From: Azolla caroliniana
Taxonomy: Eukaryota; Plantae; Polypodiophyta
NCBI GenBank assembly: GCA_043228905.1
Contig: JBHGNT010000002.1
Coordinates: 22,692,001-22,756,000, forward strand
Length of the DNA: 64,000 nucleotides
Direction of reading: 5' to 3'
Position numbers and translations under genes: made by a program. Below are positions 12,739 through 26,515 of this stretch, in pieces. Within the stretch, counting starts at the first letter, position 1. Each line of letters opens with the position of its first letter. The notes beneath the pieces were generated by a model. It was not told the DNA's origin. It ran no database searches and saw nothing but the letters and a program-made list of their open reading frames with translations.

Positions 12739-15602
12739 GTTTGTACTTTCGATGCTTCTTATTGCAAAGATGATGGAATTGTTTCTAGTTAGTGGACTTA
12801 TTAAGATAGTTCTTCATATTGTTGTGCCTTCTCGGCGCTCAAATTTGTCAAGTCTCCTATTAGACTTTGATTCTATTGCTCTATTACCACAAACTTCATT
12901 GTACACCAATCAAGATTTAACAAATTTTATATGCAATCTTGCTCGTTGATGTACTCAATAGCTACAAGAGAAGCTTTGTAAAGCTCTTGCGAGGGGAAAT
13001 GTGCGAATCTGGTTCAAATTGTCAAAGTTCTAAGATAATAATAAAATTGCTAGATTAAGAAAGAGAAATATGGGAAAAGAATTTTACTATAGACAAGAAC
13101 AAGAGGTACAAAGTTTTACGTTGAAGACTGGCGTTTGCCGTTGAACTAAAATGGTCCTGCAATATGGAAAATGAGATGTGAGTTTGTTTTTAATAATGCT
13201 CACATACATCTCAGAACCATGCTTATTGAATTATGGTTGTTATTTGTCCATACCATACGTGGGCAATATGATGATCAGCAAGGTTCAGTTGATGCTCTAA
13301 GGCAACGTCAAGTGGACTTTAAGAAATGGTGGCAAGGGCTTCACTTATTTTCAGATACAACTTCTGGTATGAGGTGGAATTATGCCATACCTTCTTTTTT
13401 ATTGCATAGCTTGTAGCTTGTGCTCCTCTCGTTTCTTATATGATATCATTTGTTTGATCAAATGTTGGTATTAGCTTTTGTATTACAATAGAGGTGAGAT
13501 GAAATGTATCCTTTTGTTTTCTATATGTACATTTCTCAAGTAATATATTAAGGTATATCTTTCTTGCAAAAAGAAAAAAAACTAAAATGGTTCTGACAAC
13601 ATTCTTATCTTCATTATATTTGGTATTCCTAGTTTGTGCATGCTCGTCGCCTAGTTTTGATACATGCTTTGCCAGTTGGCAATCATGCATAACTATCAAA
13701 TAATGTGTTATGATAACTATAACATAGAGTATCGCAATTATCTAAACATATACAATAATAAATATGAAATGTAAAACTTATGATATTGTGTATGCTTTTG
13801 TTAATAAATATCATTAATCGATAATATAAACAACTCGTCATCAACGGGTAATCAATGTTAAGCAATGTTTGTCCTGAAAAATCTTGTATATTGTGTATTA
13901 TTTGTCCACAAGTGTGAAGCAACCAAAATGGCAAGTATATGAAGCTACATAAAATAAGAAAAGTAAATATATAGTTTAAACCGCCATAAGATTAAATTAG
14001 GATTATGCAAATTGTTGGTCAAGATACCAGCAAAACATGTAATTAAAATTGAATGACAATTACATGTAAAATGTGCATAAAGAGACATTAGGTAAAAGGA
14101 TCAAGGAGGGTATACTAGGGAGCATTGTTGCTCATGGGATCCTTACCCTCCTCCCAACTAATTTGGGAAGCAAGGAAACCTTGATAGGCCACTAAGCTTT
14201 GAGCATATTGACATGTTATGTTTATTAGTGATCGTTTTTAGGACTTGGGGACCAATAAATTCTCCATCAAGGCAAACTAGAGTGCTTAGCCAAAACTCAA
14301 CATGTTGGCATTGAAAGCTGACAACATGATCGGGCAATTGGTCCAAAAGTCATGACTTATAAATAGAGGCACCTCATTCTCGTAGAACCACTTTGGTTCA
14401 ATGACAATTGTAATCTTTCTTGTCAAGTCTTCCTCATTCTATAGTGCCCTTTGTGGCATTGGACATATCATATCTTTAATATAATTTCTCGACTTTTTTC
14501 GAATATTTCCTGTAATTGTGTTCATAACTTTCTACCATTAAGTTTGTAGGTTCATGTCAAAGTGATGCATTGAAGAGAAATAATGATGCATCATCTATGG
14601 CATTCTTTGCTTAATGATGCCTATTGTCCCAAATGTTCATTTCCCCTTCTCTTGTTAACTTCTAGATTTTAGTCTTGACATTTTTAATTAACTTAGATAC
14701 TATGTTTAATATTAATCCTTCTTTTAATGTTAATGTTTTATCTTAATGTTTCACCTAGTTTGAATTGTCTTTAATCATAACATTGTATACCCATCTCTTG
14801 TATTTTTATGTAAATATGAAACCTTGATTCTACACGGAAAATCAAACCAAATTCTATTACACAACAAAATAAAAACATAATTTTGCTAAAAGACAATAAA
14901 AAACCTAATGATGAATGATGAAAGAGAGTTAGACACTTTTAGCATCCAGTAAAGGCTAGAAACATGATGTAGGTTGTGTCCATTAGCAACTTGTAAATCC
15001 AACCAAGACCAAGATTGTAAGTAAGCACATAATCCTAATGTTGATTATAAAATATTAAGAGCCTTAGATTTGAAAGGAACCTCATTCATGAAGGTCCAAG
15101 TAATAAATATTAAATTTGTCAAGGTCGGAGGTGAAGCATGTCACTCTAATGTGTCTCTTTTATGATATACACAACTTTTGGATAAACTCTTTACAAGCAA
15201 GAGAGACAAGAGAGAAGGTGAATATAATTGAATCGTTGTTTTGTTGCATATATCTTGTCTTTGCTTCCTCCTCTCCTTAATAAATTTCTACGTGATTGTG
15301 CTCTAATTAACTAGTGCTTACATGATACAATGCACAATGCTACATTGTACGTGAACTTTAGTGCCTCTAATCATCTATTCATGATTATCACATACTTCAT
15401 AGCACTATAGTAGAGCTCAAATGGATCCTCTATTCCCCATCTTTTAAACCATTTCACAATGTCAAACAACCAGCCAAATGATACTTGTATACTATTGCAT
15501 GGCTAGCACCTCTATGAGCCAAACACTTGTTTCTAATAGCATGACAAGATAGGATGTTGAGAATTTAACTCCTAATGGTCCGCGTAAGAACAATTTTCTA
15601 AG

Positions 15603-18600
15603 TTTTTTTTCCCCCCAACAATGGTTTATATTATGTTTAAAGCGATTTACATGAAATTTCATCATAGATTTTTACCCTTTCTACTGCTCTTGGAATGCTA
15701 TAGACATAAGTATGTCCCAAATCATTAGTAATAACAGGTATACATGGCCACATGCCTCATGTCGGTGGAGGAAATACCCAAAGCGGTGGATGATACCTCC
15801 AATGTATACAACCATCAACCATGCAGAACACCTTCATCATTTCCAATCTCTTCTTAAAAACCTCTTGTTGTCGAAAGACTACATCTGAATCACCTTTGAT
15901 AGCATCATATTCTCCTTTTAGTGTATGCACCAAGGTCACCCAAATCTCCTTAACTACATCCACATCATTCCATTGAATTTGCTGAAATATCCTTTGACAT
16001 CTACTAGTCCACAAAACCCATAAGGTTATTGAACTAATCACCTCCCAAACTACTCCATTCTGGACTAAATAATAGGCATACATGGTGACACTTCCTCAAC
16101 ATATCGACCTCTTGTATATAATGCAATGTTAACCTTTTCTTTTTCATAATCTTGTACCTCGCCCTTAATATCAGCCCAATCATTGTCCCCCATTTATATA
16201 CTCTAGAGCCATACACCCCAGAATTGGCCTAACATCCTCCCCAGAATATGATGTAGGTGGCCACTTCCATTCCCCTGGGTTCCATTCCAATTCACATAAT
16301 GGTTTTTTCCCCACTACCCATAGATCCCACCATGGATGAACATCATTAGGATCAGGGTCAATGACCCAAACCTTATCTACCTTAGCTAGAATTCTAATAG
16401 GTTTTAATATAGCTTCAACCAAACATTCATCTTCCCGAGGAATCATCTCTAATCGTCCATCCTGTAGAACATCATAACTTAAGAAAGTGTCATCATCTCT
16501 AAGGCGACGAACTCTAAGTAAAATCTGAAATTTTGAAATAATCCCACCCACTTATGACAATTAGAAAGTATATTATTCTACAAGGGTAACTGCAACTTCC
16601 TTAAGTCATCAACTATCACCTTTCCTCCTCTTATTCCTTTATACTCTTGTTGAATAATATGAGTAAGGTTGTGAACAAATTGTTGCCAATTACCAAGCGA
16701 TGAGGCAAAAGATGAATCCACTTGAGCCCAATTTAATTTGACTTTCCTCCCCAACATAGATCCTTCATCATCTAGAAATAATGGATTCCAAACCAAGGGT
16801 TGATGTAACCATTCATCCATTGAAATGGGCCGAACTTGTTACAAAGTATCCTTTATGGACCACCAGGGTCACTTTATCACAGCGAAGAACCTATCATTTT
16901 GAAGCATTATCTTATGCAAATGGAAGATAGGAATAAACCACCATTGGAGAGACATTGTCCATTCACCTCCAATTTCGGGGAAGACCTCTTTCATTCTCAA
17001 TTGAAGAAGCATCTTCCACAGCTCGTTTCTTGGCAATAATCCTCATACTATAAATTTTGCCAATAATGGCTTGATCTACCAAACCTAAACCCCCTTGAGA
17101 AGTCGGCGCTATAATAGTTTTCCAAGTTACCATTGGTTTAACATTCTTAAAATCAGTAGATCCTCATAAAAAATTCCTAATCAACTTTTGTAGCTTTGAC
17201 AACAAAGATCTGGAGAATAACCAAGAGGATAGAATATACCACATCGAGGAGAGTAATACATGATTAGAAATAGACTAGCCTCCCTACAAGTGACAAATTC
17301 TTAGAACTCCAAAAAATCAACTTCTTCCTCAAAGGAAGTAGTAATGGTTGGATATGAGCTTCTGGATGAAGACTAATTCCCACGTGACACCCTAAATATC
17401 TCACAGGAGAGCCCTTTGGTATCCAACGGAATCCAATGTTTGGACACCAAGTGGGAGTAAGATCTTCCCCAACCCAAAATCCCACTTATTTATGCCAATT
17501 AATAATAGCACCTAAAGCATCACAAAAATCATGGATCACATTTTGTACATTACAGAGATTTTTGTCATCTCCTACAACATATAATGTTGTGTCATCTGCA
17601 AATTCATGGTCTAACACAACCTCCTCCACACCTAGTCATTGTATACCCTTAATAGATACCCTTATGTTCTAAACAATCCAAAACTGTTTTTCTTTTTTGG
17701 AGTTGTTGAACCAAAATTTGTTGGGCTGTTAGTAGATTTTTATAAAAAGATGTTGCAATGTCCCTCATTGCATTAGTGTCCTTTGTAATAGACCCATCTT
17801 CCCTTTGAAGTTGTCTCATACAACTACCTAAATGACCAGGAGGCAAATTATTCTAGAACAAGAACACGACAAGATTGTGGCAAAGAAATTTTGGATACAG
17901 GAGGGCATTAGTGAAAGGAGACTAGATAAATTCTGGAAAATGATATGGCATGACATATATGATGACCGCAAGATAATGATGCGCGTATGGCTTATTGCAC
18001 ATAGAGCCTTGCCGGTAGGGACATAGGGTAAAGGCCCCAATGTAGACCCTAGATGTATTGCATGTGGACAGATAGAAAGCATTTCCCATTGTCTATGGGA
18101 ATGTCGCGAGGCAGTGGTTGTATGGGGAAGGGCACTACGTTTGCTTTGCCATGCCTCTAGTTCGTTCACCCTCAACTGGGAACATGCTTGTTGGATTTGT
18201 CTTGAGGATGATGTGGCGAAATACGATAGCACATGTGATGCTCAGTAGAGAGGGGAGAATGACATTGTTCGGCTTATCACTGACAACAGGGTACCTACAG
18301 CTTGTGCACAAAATCAAAAACTTGGAGATCTTTGGATGTTGCTTGCCCCCATTACTATATGGTGTATATGGACAACAAGTGTACCAGGGTATTTTCAGCA
18401 CACAAACGCCCTCCAGTTGAATCGATTAAGCTAATGTGGCACACATTAATAACTACACTAAGAGCTCAATATGAGCAGATTGATGGTACTTATGTTGTTG
18501 CATAACTAATGAGGCTGAATTTTTGAAAGCAATGGTGTACTACAACAATGCCCGCAGCAAATGGAATGGATATACTATGGAAGTATGAAGTACCCAGATG

Positions 18601-19000
18601 GTTGTTCCCCCCTCCCATTAGTTGAATGAGGGGCGTGAAAGACATGGCATGTGGGATAGTGAATTTAGGTGAAGTGTATGAAAGGATGGCTAGAGACATA
18701 TGTGAAAGTGTAAGATAAATAAGCAAGATCTCTTATGTAGGATAGGATAGTCTTGGCACGGCCTACTCGAGAAAGGGATCGAGTTTGTGTATATTTTAAC
18801 TAATGGAGTATATTCTTTTTTGGAAAAAAAAACTACCTAAATGACCACCTTTATAATATGTAAAAAATTCGAAATTCACATTATCACCTAATCGAGTCCA
18901 CTTTGCAGCAACAACATGAAACTGTATTTGAGATATCTTATCTTCACAATTTTTTAAGTTTTCTCTATTTCATTCCACACACTAAGTGAGACTGTGTCAC
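15603..19000 (-). mobile_element. LINE-a: degenerate L1/Tx1-like non-LTR retrotransposon, ORF2 3' part, internally deleted; right boundary approximate
   Basis: Minus-strand motifs WTRLGDNVNFEFF (~18870-18910), EFADDTTLY (~17580-17605), VRYLGCHVG, C-terminal HWRYHPPLWVFPPPT; T-run at 15603-15610 fits a poly(A) tail. Confidence 0.8.
17839..18830 (+). mobile_element. LINE-b: 5'-truncated LINE inserted antisense into LINE-a
   Basis: Perfect 17-bp TSD AACTACCTAAATGACCA at 17822-17838 and 18831-18847; A-tail at 18824-18830; zf-RVT-like WLIAHRALPVG...CIACGQIESISHCLWEC; C-terminal PRWLFPPP. Confidence 0.9.
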
Positions 19001-22000
19001 TCCACACTTCCACTCTATAAAGCAACACTACATATAATAGCATTGGTATCAACAATGACCCTTAGCCTTCTAAGATAATGATGTAGGTTCAACTCCCACC
19101 CACGAATGGTTATCCAAATGGACTTGTTTTTCTTTCTTGTTTCTAAACTCTGTCACGAATAAAAACTCTTGAGTGTTGGCAATGTGGTGCTCTAGCTAGA
19201 GATATTGTCATGCATGTATTGACATTTACATCATTGACTTATTCCACTAAGATTGATCCATTCACATGAATATATTCTCAATTTCAGTTAAAACGTATAT
19301 GTAGTGCATATACAATACAGGGGTAAAGAAAAGTTTGATTACATATATGTATTGTGAACTTTTGTGGCAATGATGAATGAGTTGAGGATATACTCAAAAT
19401 ATGGTGAGAAGTTCAGAAAATGTGCATGGGGGTTTTCATTCAATATGTATCTTTAATTCTACATGCATTAACAATGTCACACCCTATTCATATGCATGTT
19501 TCATATGCATCTGCTCACCCTCACAATTACAAGCAATCAATCAACACCACCACTCAAGGATATTAATTATCGGGATAGCAATTGCGGAATATCAACCACT
19601 TGATCACCTCGAGATCCCCCAATCTCTCTCCTTTGGTTTTGAAGTCCTCGATATTTTCCCTCACCAAACAAATGCAAAGTTGTGGAAAATCCTTCAAGTT
19701 CATTGTGATTGATTCATTTTGGGAAAACTAACTTCACTTGAGTTTTATTTTCTTATTCACTGCGTGTTTATATTTAACAAATATCACCATAGTAATCAAG
19801 CTCCCATCAAGAAACTTAACATGTATCAATCAATATGACCTTTGATCAATGTGAAACAAACCATGTTCATTTAACCTTGGAAGAATATCAAAACATAGCC
19901 CTTGTTGAGCTTTAAAATCCACAAAAAGTTAACCATAAATAAAATAACCCAGGCAGTTCAACTCCAAGCACCACAAAATCAATTCATTTATTAATGGACT
20001 CAAAATGAAGTAAAGGAAAAGGATGTGTGTTATGAGCATGCATCAAGAAAGTCTTGGGATTTATTTTAAATAAAAGAGAATGAGTTACTATATGAAAGGA
20101 AAAGAAACGTAAAAGAATAAACTCACGACAATTAGAAGAATGGATAGTTACACCAACGACTAATAATTAAAAAGACTTTGTGCCAACGAAGATTGATGAT
20201 AAGGATAAGAGGTTTTAGTTAGAACTTAGGGAGAAACTCCAATGTTCTAGAATGAATATAATACACATGCACATGCGTATATTAGATTTTATAAATATAA
20301 GATCAATTCAACCTTTTTGTGTAGCAATGGGCATCTAGAAAGAAAGAAATGTTGAAAGACAAAGTAGTGTGGCTATGGAAATCAAGTACAACATCATGTC
20401 ATGATATAGTTCATTGAAATTCAAGGATATGACAAAGTAGAAAGTGGTAAGTGGTAAGTTAGATTGCTATGGAGTATTCTTGAGACATAAATATATTAGA
20501 TATTTACATTATGTATTATTTTGGAGATTGGATTCCCAAATAGTAATAACCTTAGATTATTGTCTCCTCCCTCCGACATATATTGTCTGTATGCTAATAA
20601 CTATATCATAATTCATTGTGATATCAACCCCTCCAAACTATTCTTGAGACACAAAGATGTTAAGAGTAGTAGAACAACTAAATACTTATGTTATGTAGTG
20701 TGGTTTGGCGAGCTCGCCCACATAGCAATAACTTCATATTATAATCTCCACTTCATGGCATATTTTTCTAGATATCAAAGACATACTTGCGATATCAATC
20801 CATAATCTTTTTGCACTCTATAAGTATATGAAAATTAGAGATAGGTAGCCATCAACTAAATGTTAATCTAGCTCCTTGACCAAGGTACCCCCTTAACCAT
20901 AAAAGGAATGAATACCAAATTGATGCATCGTTAATTTTGTTTCACAACACTTCGAAAGAGTGTGTTTAAGTGTGGAGAAAGGACAAAAGCATGAATTCGA
21001 AGAATGGTTAAACATATAAACCAAGAAGAACAATATAATTTGGAAACAAGGATAGATTTTCAATACTTGCATTCTTGGGTTGTCATTTTATGGTAAAGCT
21101 TCCTATTTTAAATTCAAAAGCTCATTGTAGTAAGTGTCCTAGTTGAGTGGAATTTCTTGATGTTTGGGGAATTCTTGAATGTGTTAATTATGCTATATTT
21201 AACAACATCGTAGTCAACATAATTAGTTGAGGAAGTTCAAGAAGGAAAAATGTACACAACATGTGATCTTTAAAGTGCTTGCATGTGTGTATGCAATCGC
21301 ACGTGAGTGAGAAAGATAGATTATATTATTGTTCTCATTTGTCAAATATGACCATCAAATCAAACTTAAAAATATTGCACATTGTGGTTGAGAGATAAAG
21401 GCATGTAGGGATAAGTCACAATTGATAATGTGGGAAAGCAAGTTCAAATGTGATTTAAGATTCAACATTGCAATAGAGTGTTTGGGATTAAATATGCATT
21501 GCCAATGAATGTCCTTATCAACACTCCACACCTTGCTTCACAAAGAGGAGAGTGTGAGCTAAGTCAGAAGGATGTAGATGGCACACAATGTGCACAAAGA
21601 TGGGCTTCGAGAGGGAAGGACTACGTTCAATATGCATGTTTGTAGTATAGTGCATTGTGCAACATATCTAATGTAATTATGAAGCGCAAGGGAAAAATCT
21701 CTCCCAAATTGTGATATGATTGGCATTGCAACAAAAAAAGCCTCATTAACTAAGGAATTCATTGAGATACTGTGTCACATGTGTATGAAAGAGATCATGT
21801 GTTCTCACGAAACGCCTTTATGCTATATTGTGTGAACTCATTGAGACTAGCGAGTCCTTAAGAGTATATTCTCAATCATTTAACACTTTCGCTTGTTACC
21901 AATTACTCCATTACTGGGTTAGTGGAATTAGTTATGATGTTCTATGCGTTTATAACATTCAGTCATCGAGTAAAGTTTTTAGTTCACCTTGTCAAAATCA

Positions 22001-25000
22001 TCACTCACTTACAAAACCACTTCCATGAAATATTTTCCCTTGCTTTCCACATGATTAATAATTCGTCTTAGTTTTCTCTTTAGCACACATCATAGGTTAC
22101 GTGTCTATGCGCTTATTTCATTAGATGCACTCAACCCAAAGTATGAGCATTGATGTGGCACAATACATTGTTAACTATTCCAAAATATTAAGCTTTTGTC
22201 AGTTAATCAACATCCTTGATTACAAGGTTAGATTTAATAGAGCCTATACCAATCACATGCCATATTGGATCAGGAAGCGTCAACTGTTCCACGTTCAGTT
22301 ATTCACTAGCATATATGATCAATTAATTTATGAATTTGAGTATCGTCTTAGATGTTTTAAAAATGCTTCCATCCTCCAGTTTATTCCATCATTGAATGTC
22401 CTTGTTTAGATTTCATTGCATTCAACAAGGTGAGGATTTTACTAAACTTCATTAAGCATATACATGAAGATTGAGAGTAAAAGGCATGAGTATCATTGCT
22501 TAAATTTTGTTATTTTTCACTAATTGTTAGTATCTCATTACAAAAACAATCAAAATTCGTTATAGTGCATTTTGAGTTAGAAAAGAGAAGATCAAGGTGA
22601 ATAAGGTGACTCCTTGCTTCTTATCATTAACTTCATATTTGTTAAAAATGATAGCGTCTTCCATGGCATTCTCTATGTGGACATGTTTATTTCTCATATC
22701 GAAAAGAGAGCTAAAACTATAAACCTATCCACTCGTGGGGATGAATTGGATCATTGGAGTAGGATAAACAATAAGAGGGAGAAAGGGATTGGTTTCAATC
22801 TATCTTTTCACTCACAAAGTTACAAAAATGCTAGAGCTAGATCCATCAATATTTTCCTACTATTATCATAATATTGACAATGTCATACATGAGGTTTTGA
22901 GAAATTTAATTTTCATCTATAATGCCATCAATTACAACAAAGTATTAATGGTCCATTTCATACATGCACGATGCACAAAGAAGTGATGATGGATATTTTG
23001 GAAGCCCGACATTGAAATCCATATACGAACAAGACATTACGTGGTAAAGTACAATGTGGATGCATTGAATATAAGACTGTTTAGATGTCAACGATAATTC
23101 AATCCGACATATTGTTGATATTTTAACGAGAATATAAATTCTCAAAAATAAGCATGTGTTTATTCATCCTTAATGCTATAATCAATCTAAAAGTAATGGC
23201 TTCAAATATGCAAATATATGTTTCTCAAAAAACTAATTCGGTATATATTGTTGTATTAATCACAATGGACAACAATGAACTGCCAAAGACAACAAAAATA
23301 GCACCTGACATATGGAACCATATTATGTGATGGACAAAACAAGTGGTGAATATAATGTCTTGTTAGAAAACACATTTGAGCATCCTTAGTTGATAACAAT
23401 CTTGATTCCAACAACGAGAATTGCAAGAGTGACCTATCTTTCAACCTCTGGACATGTCTCTACATCCTAGACTGGGTGCCCAAAGACAAATTCATTTTGC
23501 ATATGCCAAATATGCCATAACCCCCAATATCTCACAAAGTGTACACTTATTTGAACTTGTGTCAATGGCCACTTTGACCCAACCTAAGGAAACAATCGTT
23601 AAAATGGGACCTTTGAAACCCCAAGTACGGAACCCACGCTAATATATATGTGTGTTATGGTCCAAACATATTAAAAAGAAACAGATTCCTCTAGCAATAT
23701 CCTTTTCCTATCCAAATGGTAATCCCTCGAGCATAACCCTCCAAAGAAACAACTTAGCTCTAAATGGAAGACATGATTGCCCACCCATACCACCAAGTTA
23801 AGGGTTTTCAATTTCCCACACCTGGATAACCTTCCATCTCATCCAATATTTTAATAACATAGTATTATAATTAATGTTGTTATGCATAGAGGTAGAAATT
23901 ACACATGATTAAAATCAATATGATACTTGCCATTGTGACTAACATTGCATCACTAAAAAAAGTACAATTCTAGATTAAAAACTAAATACCTCAATATATA
24001 TTGGACATGAATTTGAGTACATGTTGTACTTTATATTCAACACATTGAAAACAAGATTATACGTGCACAAAAAACTTGATGCTTGATCAAATTGCATTGC
24101 ATCACAAGAATTGGAATTGTAGATGACAACATAGTTAACACACAACAAATAGTCTTGGCAAACCCCAAGGTGCTTGTAGCACTATAGCCCTATATATTCT
24201 CAAAGTGTTAGTGAAAGGGGGTGTGATCCTTCCTACAAGGTCACTACAAATCACAAGACTTGTGCATGTCATTCGCTCTTGCAGTTTGGGACGTAGGATG
24301 ACTTGACGATGTTTGACGAGACTAGGCTCAACACTACCAATTGGGGTTGGAAGGTTTGATATCTAGTCACTCCTTAATTTCATTATTGATAGTGTTTAAT
24401 TAATTGGAACCCTAAAGGGCCTCTTGTGAACAATCAACTTGACACAAATCTTTGAACGCCCTTGCAAATAATTTTGTGGATGTCACTCTCACGTGAACAA
24501 TTCCTCAACTAAATCTTAAATGACTCTTTTGAATAAATTTGTGGATGAGATTCACTTAAAGAAATGTGGCAACCACTTTAGACACTTTCCATATCACTAT
24601 TTCTCTCTAGACACCTTGTAAGACAATTTTAAGTCTATATGGATGGAACAACATGAACAAAAGATTTTGTCGAACGTCATTCATTACCTTTACTAGGAAA
24701 TTCTCAATTATAAGGAAGAAATCCTAACATGTCATGGGAAATCTAGGTTCAGAGGTTTTCAAACTAAAGTGGAATTAGTTGGGAATACATGCCATATTGT
24801 TTGATGTTCGTTTTCTCATTTCACATTGCAAGGCTTTTCGGTATAACCCAATAAGTCATGTCCAATAGTATATCCATTTGTATGTTATACATGAACACGA
24901 AAGGGAGGTTTGATGTGAATAGACATTATAGATAAGCTTCGGTTTCTAGGTGTTCAATGTTGTAAGACATGAAACTTAACATATTTCCTCCATGTTCTAG

Positions 25001-25172
25001 ACACCATCATCCTGACAACACCTTTAAACAAGTTATGAGGTTCACTCTCCTCAACATATTTGGGGGAATAGGTTTCCTCGTCTCATAGATGAGATCCTCT
25101 TGCGCGTGCAGCATCGCCGCACCAAGCTGACGAAGTGTCCAGTGTGATGTCGTATGTAATCACGTGTAGCTA

Positions 25173-25623
25173 GCTCTGATACTAACTGTTAGAGCTAGCT
25201 ACTAATGTACGCATATGATATGGATAAAATAGATAAATAGATAAGGAGAGAGAGAAAGAAGGGTGCCGATCCACCTGACCACCCCTGAGTGAAGGGATTG
25301 AGACGGACTCGAGCCTCGATCGGCGTCCCATACCACTGTCGTGGCGTTGAGTTGTACTTAGTATTAGCGCACTCGCTACAAGAGTTGATCCACCACAAGG
25401 TCAGAGTCTTGACATAGTCAAGAGATGTCAATTGAGGGTAGCTAGGCCTCATATTTATAGCCAGACCTAAGGGCCCTAGGCAAGTTCACACTTGGCCTAA
25501 TGGGTTGTTTGAATCCCAAGGATTAAAAGTAATCCTTCCCTTCTTTACGTTCTCGTTTAACCCTCACGCTTTTATCCACGTGTATAGAATACCACGGGAT
25601 ATTATATGGTCATGCCCATAACA
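25173..25623 (-). mobile_element. Truncated LTR retrotransposon: LTR (25187-25623) plus tRNA-iMet PBS remnant
   Basis: TGTTA...TAACA termini; GCTCTGATACTA (PBS complement, 1 mismatch) at 25173-25184; CTATAAATAT on - strand near 25451-25460; no partner LTR seen. Confidence 0.75.
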
Positions 25624-26515
25624 ATATGTCTATAAAATGCAATTTCATAAACGAAGAACAATTGTTTGTTCCTCATAAGGGAGTGCGAGTCGTGTCATTT
25701 AGAGTGACACGATGTATCATAACCAGAACACCCCCCCCCCCCCCCCCCCCCCCATGATTCAATGCCCCCAATCCTCGATCGGATCACTCTGGTTCTCAGA
25801 AGACGTCTTAAACCGTATGGTGCTATACAGGATCAGATGCAGGTGTTAAGATACGATACATGGAATTGATGTGGCGGGACTATTGCCGCGCGAGGACCCG
25901 AGTTCGATTCTCGGGACTCACTCATTCAATTAGTAGTAGTAGTATTAGTAGCAAGTGGTGTATGTACATATGTAGTAATAGTATTTATTCATTGATATCT
26001 CTCAAATTCATTCACACACACACACACACAAAGGGAAACAGGGGAGACAATTTCCTTCTTTTCCTTTCTTCCTTCTTCTTCTTCCTTCTTCTTCTTCTTC
26101 TTTCTTTCTTACTTTCTTTTTCAGATCTGAGTCTTCTTCACTCTTAACCCTAATTTTCTTTCTCCTTTGCCCCCCCCCCTCTCCCTGCAATCGATTACCC
26201 TAACCTTGGAACGCTTTCTCCCTCCCTCCCTCCCTCTCCATCTTTTATTTTTTGTTTGTTTGTTTCCCCCCTTTCCTACAGATAGATCTCTGCGTTTTCC
26301 TCTTTATCCCGAGCAGGGAAACAGAGGCAGAGGAGTGGGGTAGACAGAGGAAACAAACCAGATTCGCAGAAGCGGAATCAATAGGAGTGGAGAAACAGAA
26401 GGACAAAGACACGGAGACAGCCCCCAAAAAAAAAAGGAATAAAATTTGACAGAGCAAGAGTGATAGAAATAATCACTAAAAGAACATTCATTCTTTATTT
26501 CTTCATCAGATAGAC

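Noticed and set aside
12739-15600. Short ORFs and an LTR-like TATA region near 14360
   Set aside because: AT-rich decayed sequence with no definable termini, PBS or protein motifs.
19001-25080. Short ORFs in the AT-rich intergenic block (likewise 1-1970)
   Set aside because: No domain motifs or consistent exon structure; probably old transposon debris that cannot be classified by eye.
25690-25712. Inverted repeat TCGTGTCA-N7-TGACACGA as an auxin response element
   Set aside because: Cores are TGTCAT/TGTCAC and the spacing does not match preferred ARF arrangements; could be chance.
25861-25925. tRNA gene
   Set aside because: Only a T-arm-like hairpin; no acceptor stem, D-arm or clear A-box.
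26240-26281. Possible 5' UTR intron acceptor (pyrimidine tract + CAG)
   Set aside because: No convincing donor upstream; the leader is generally CT-rich.
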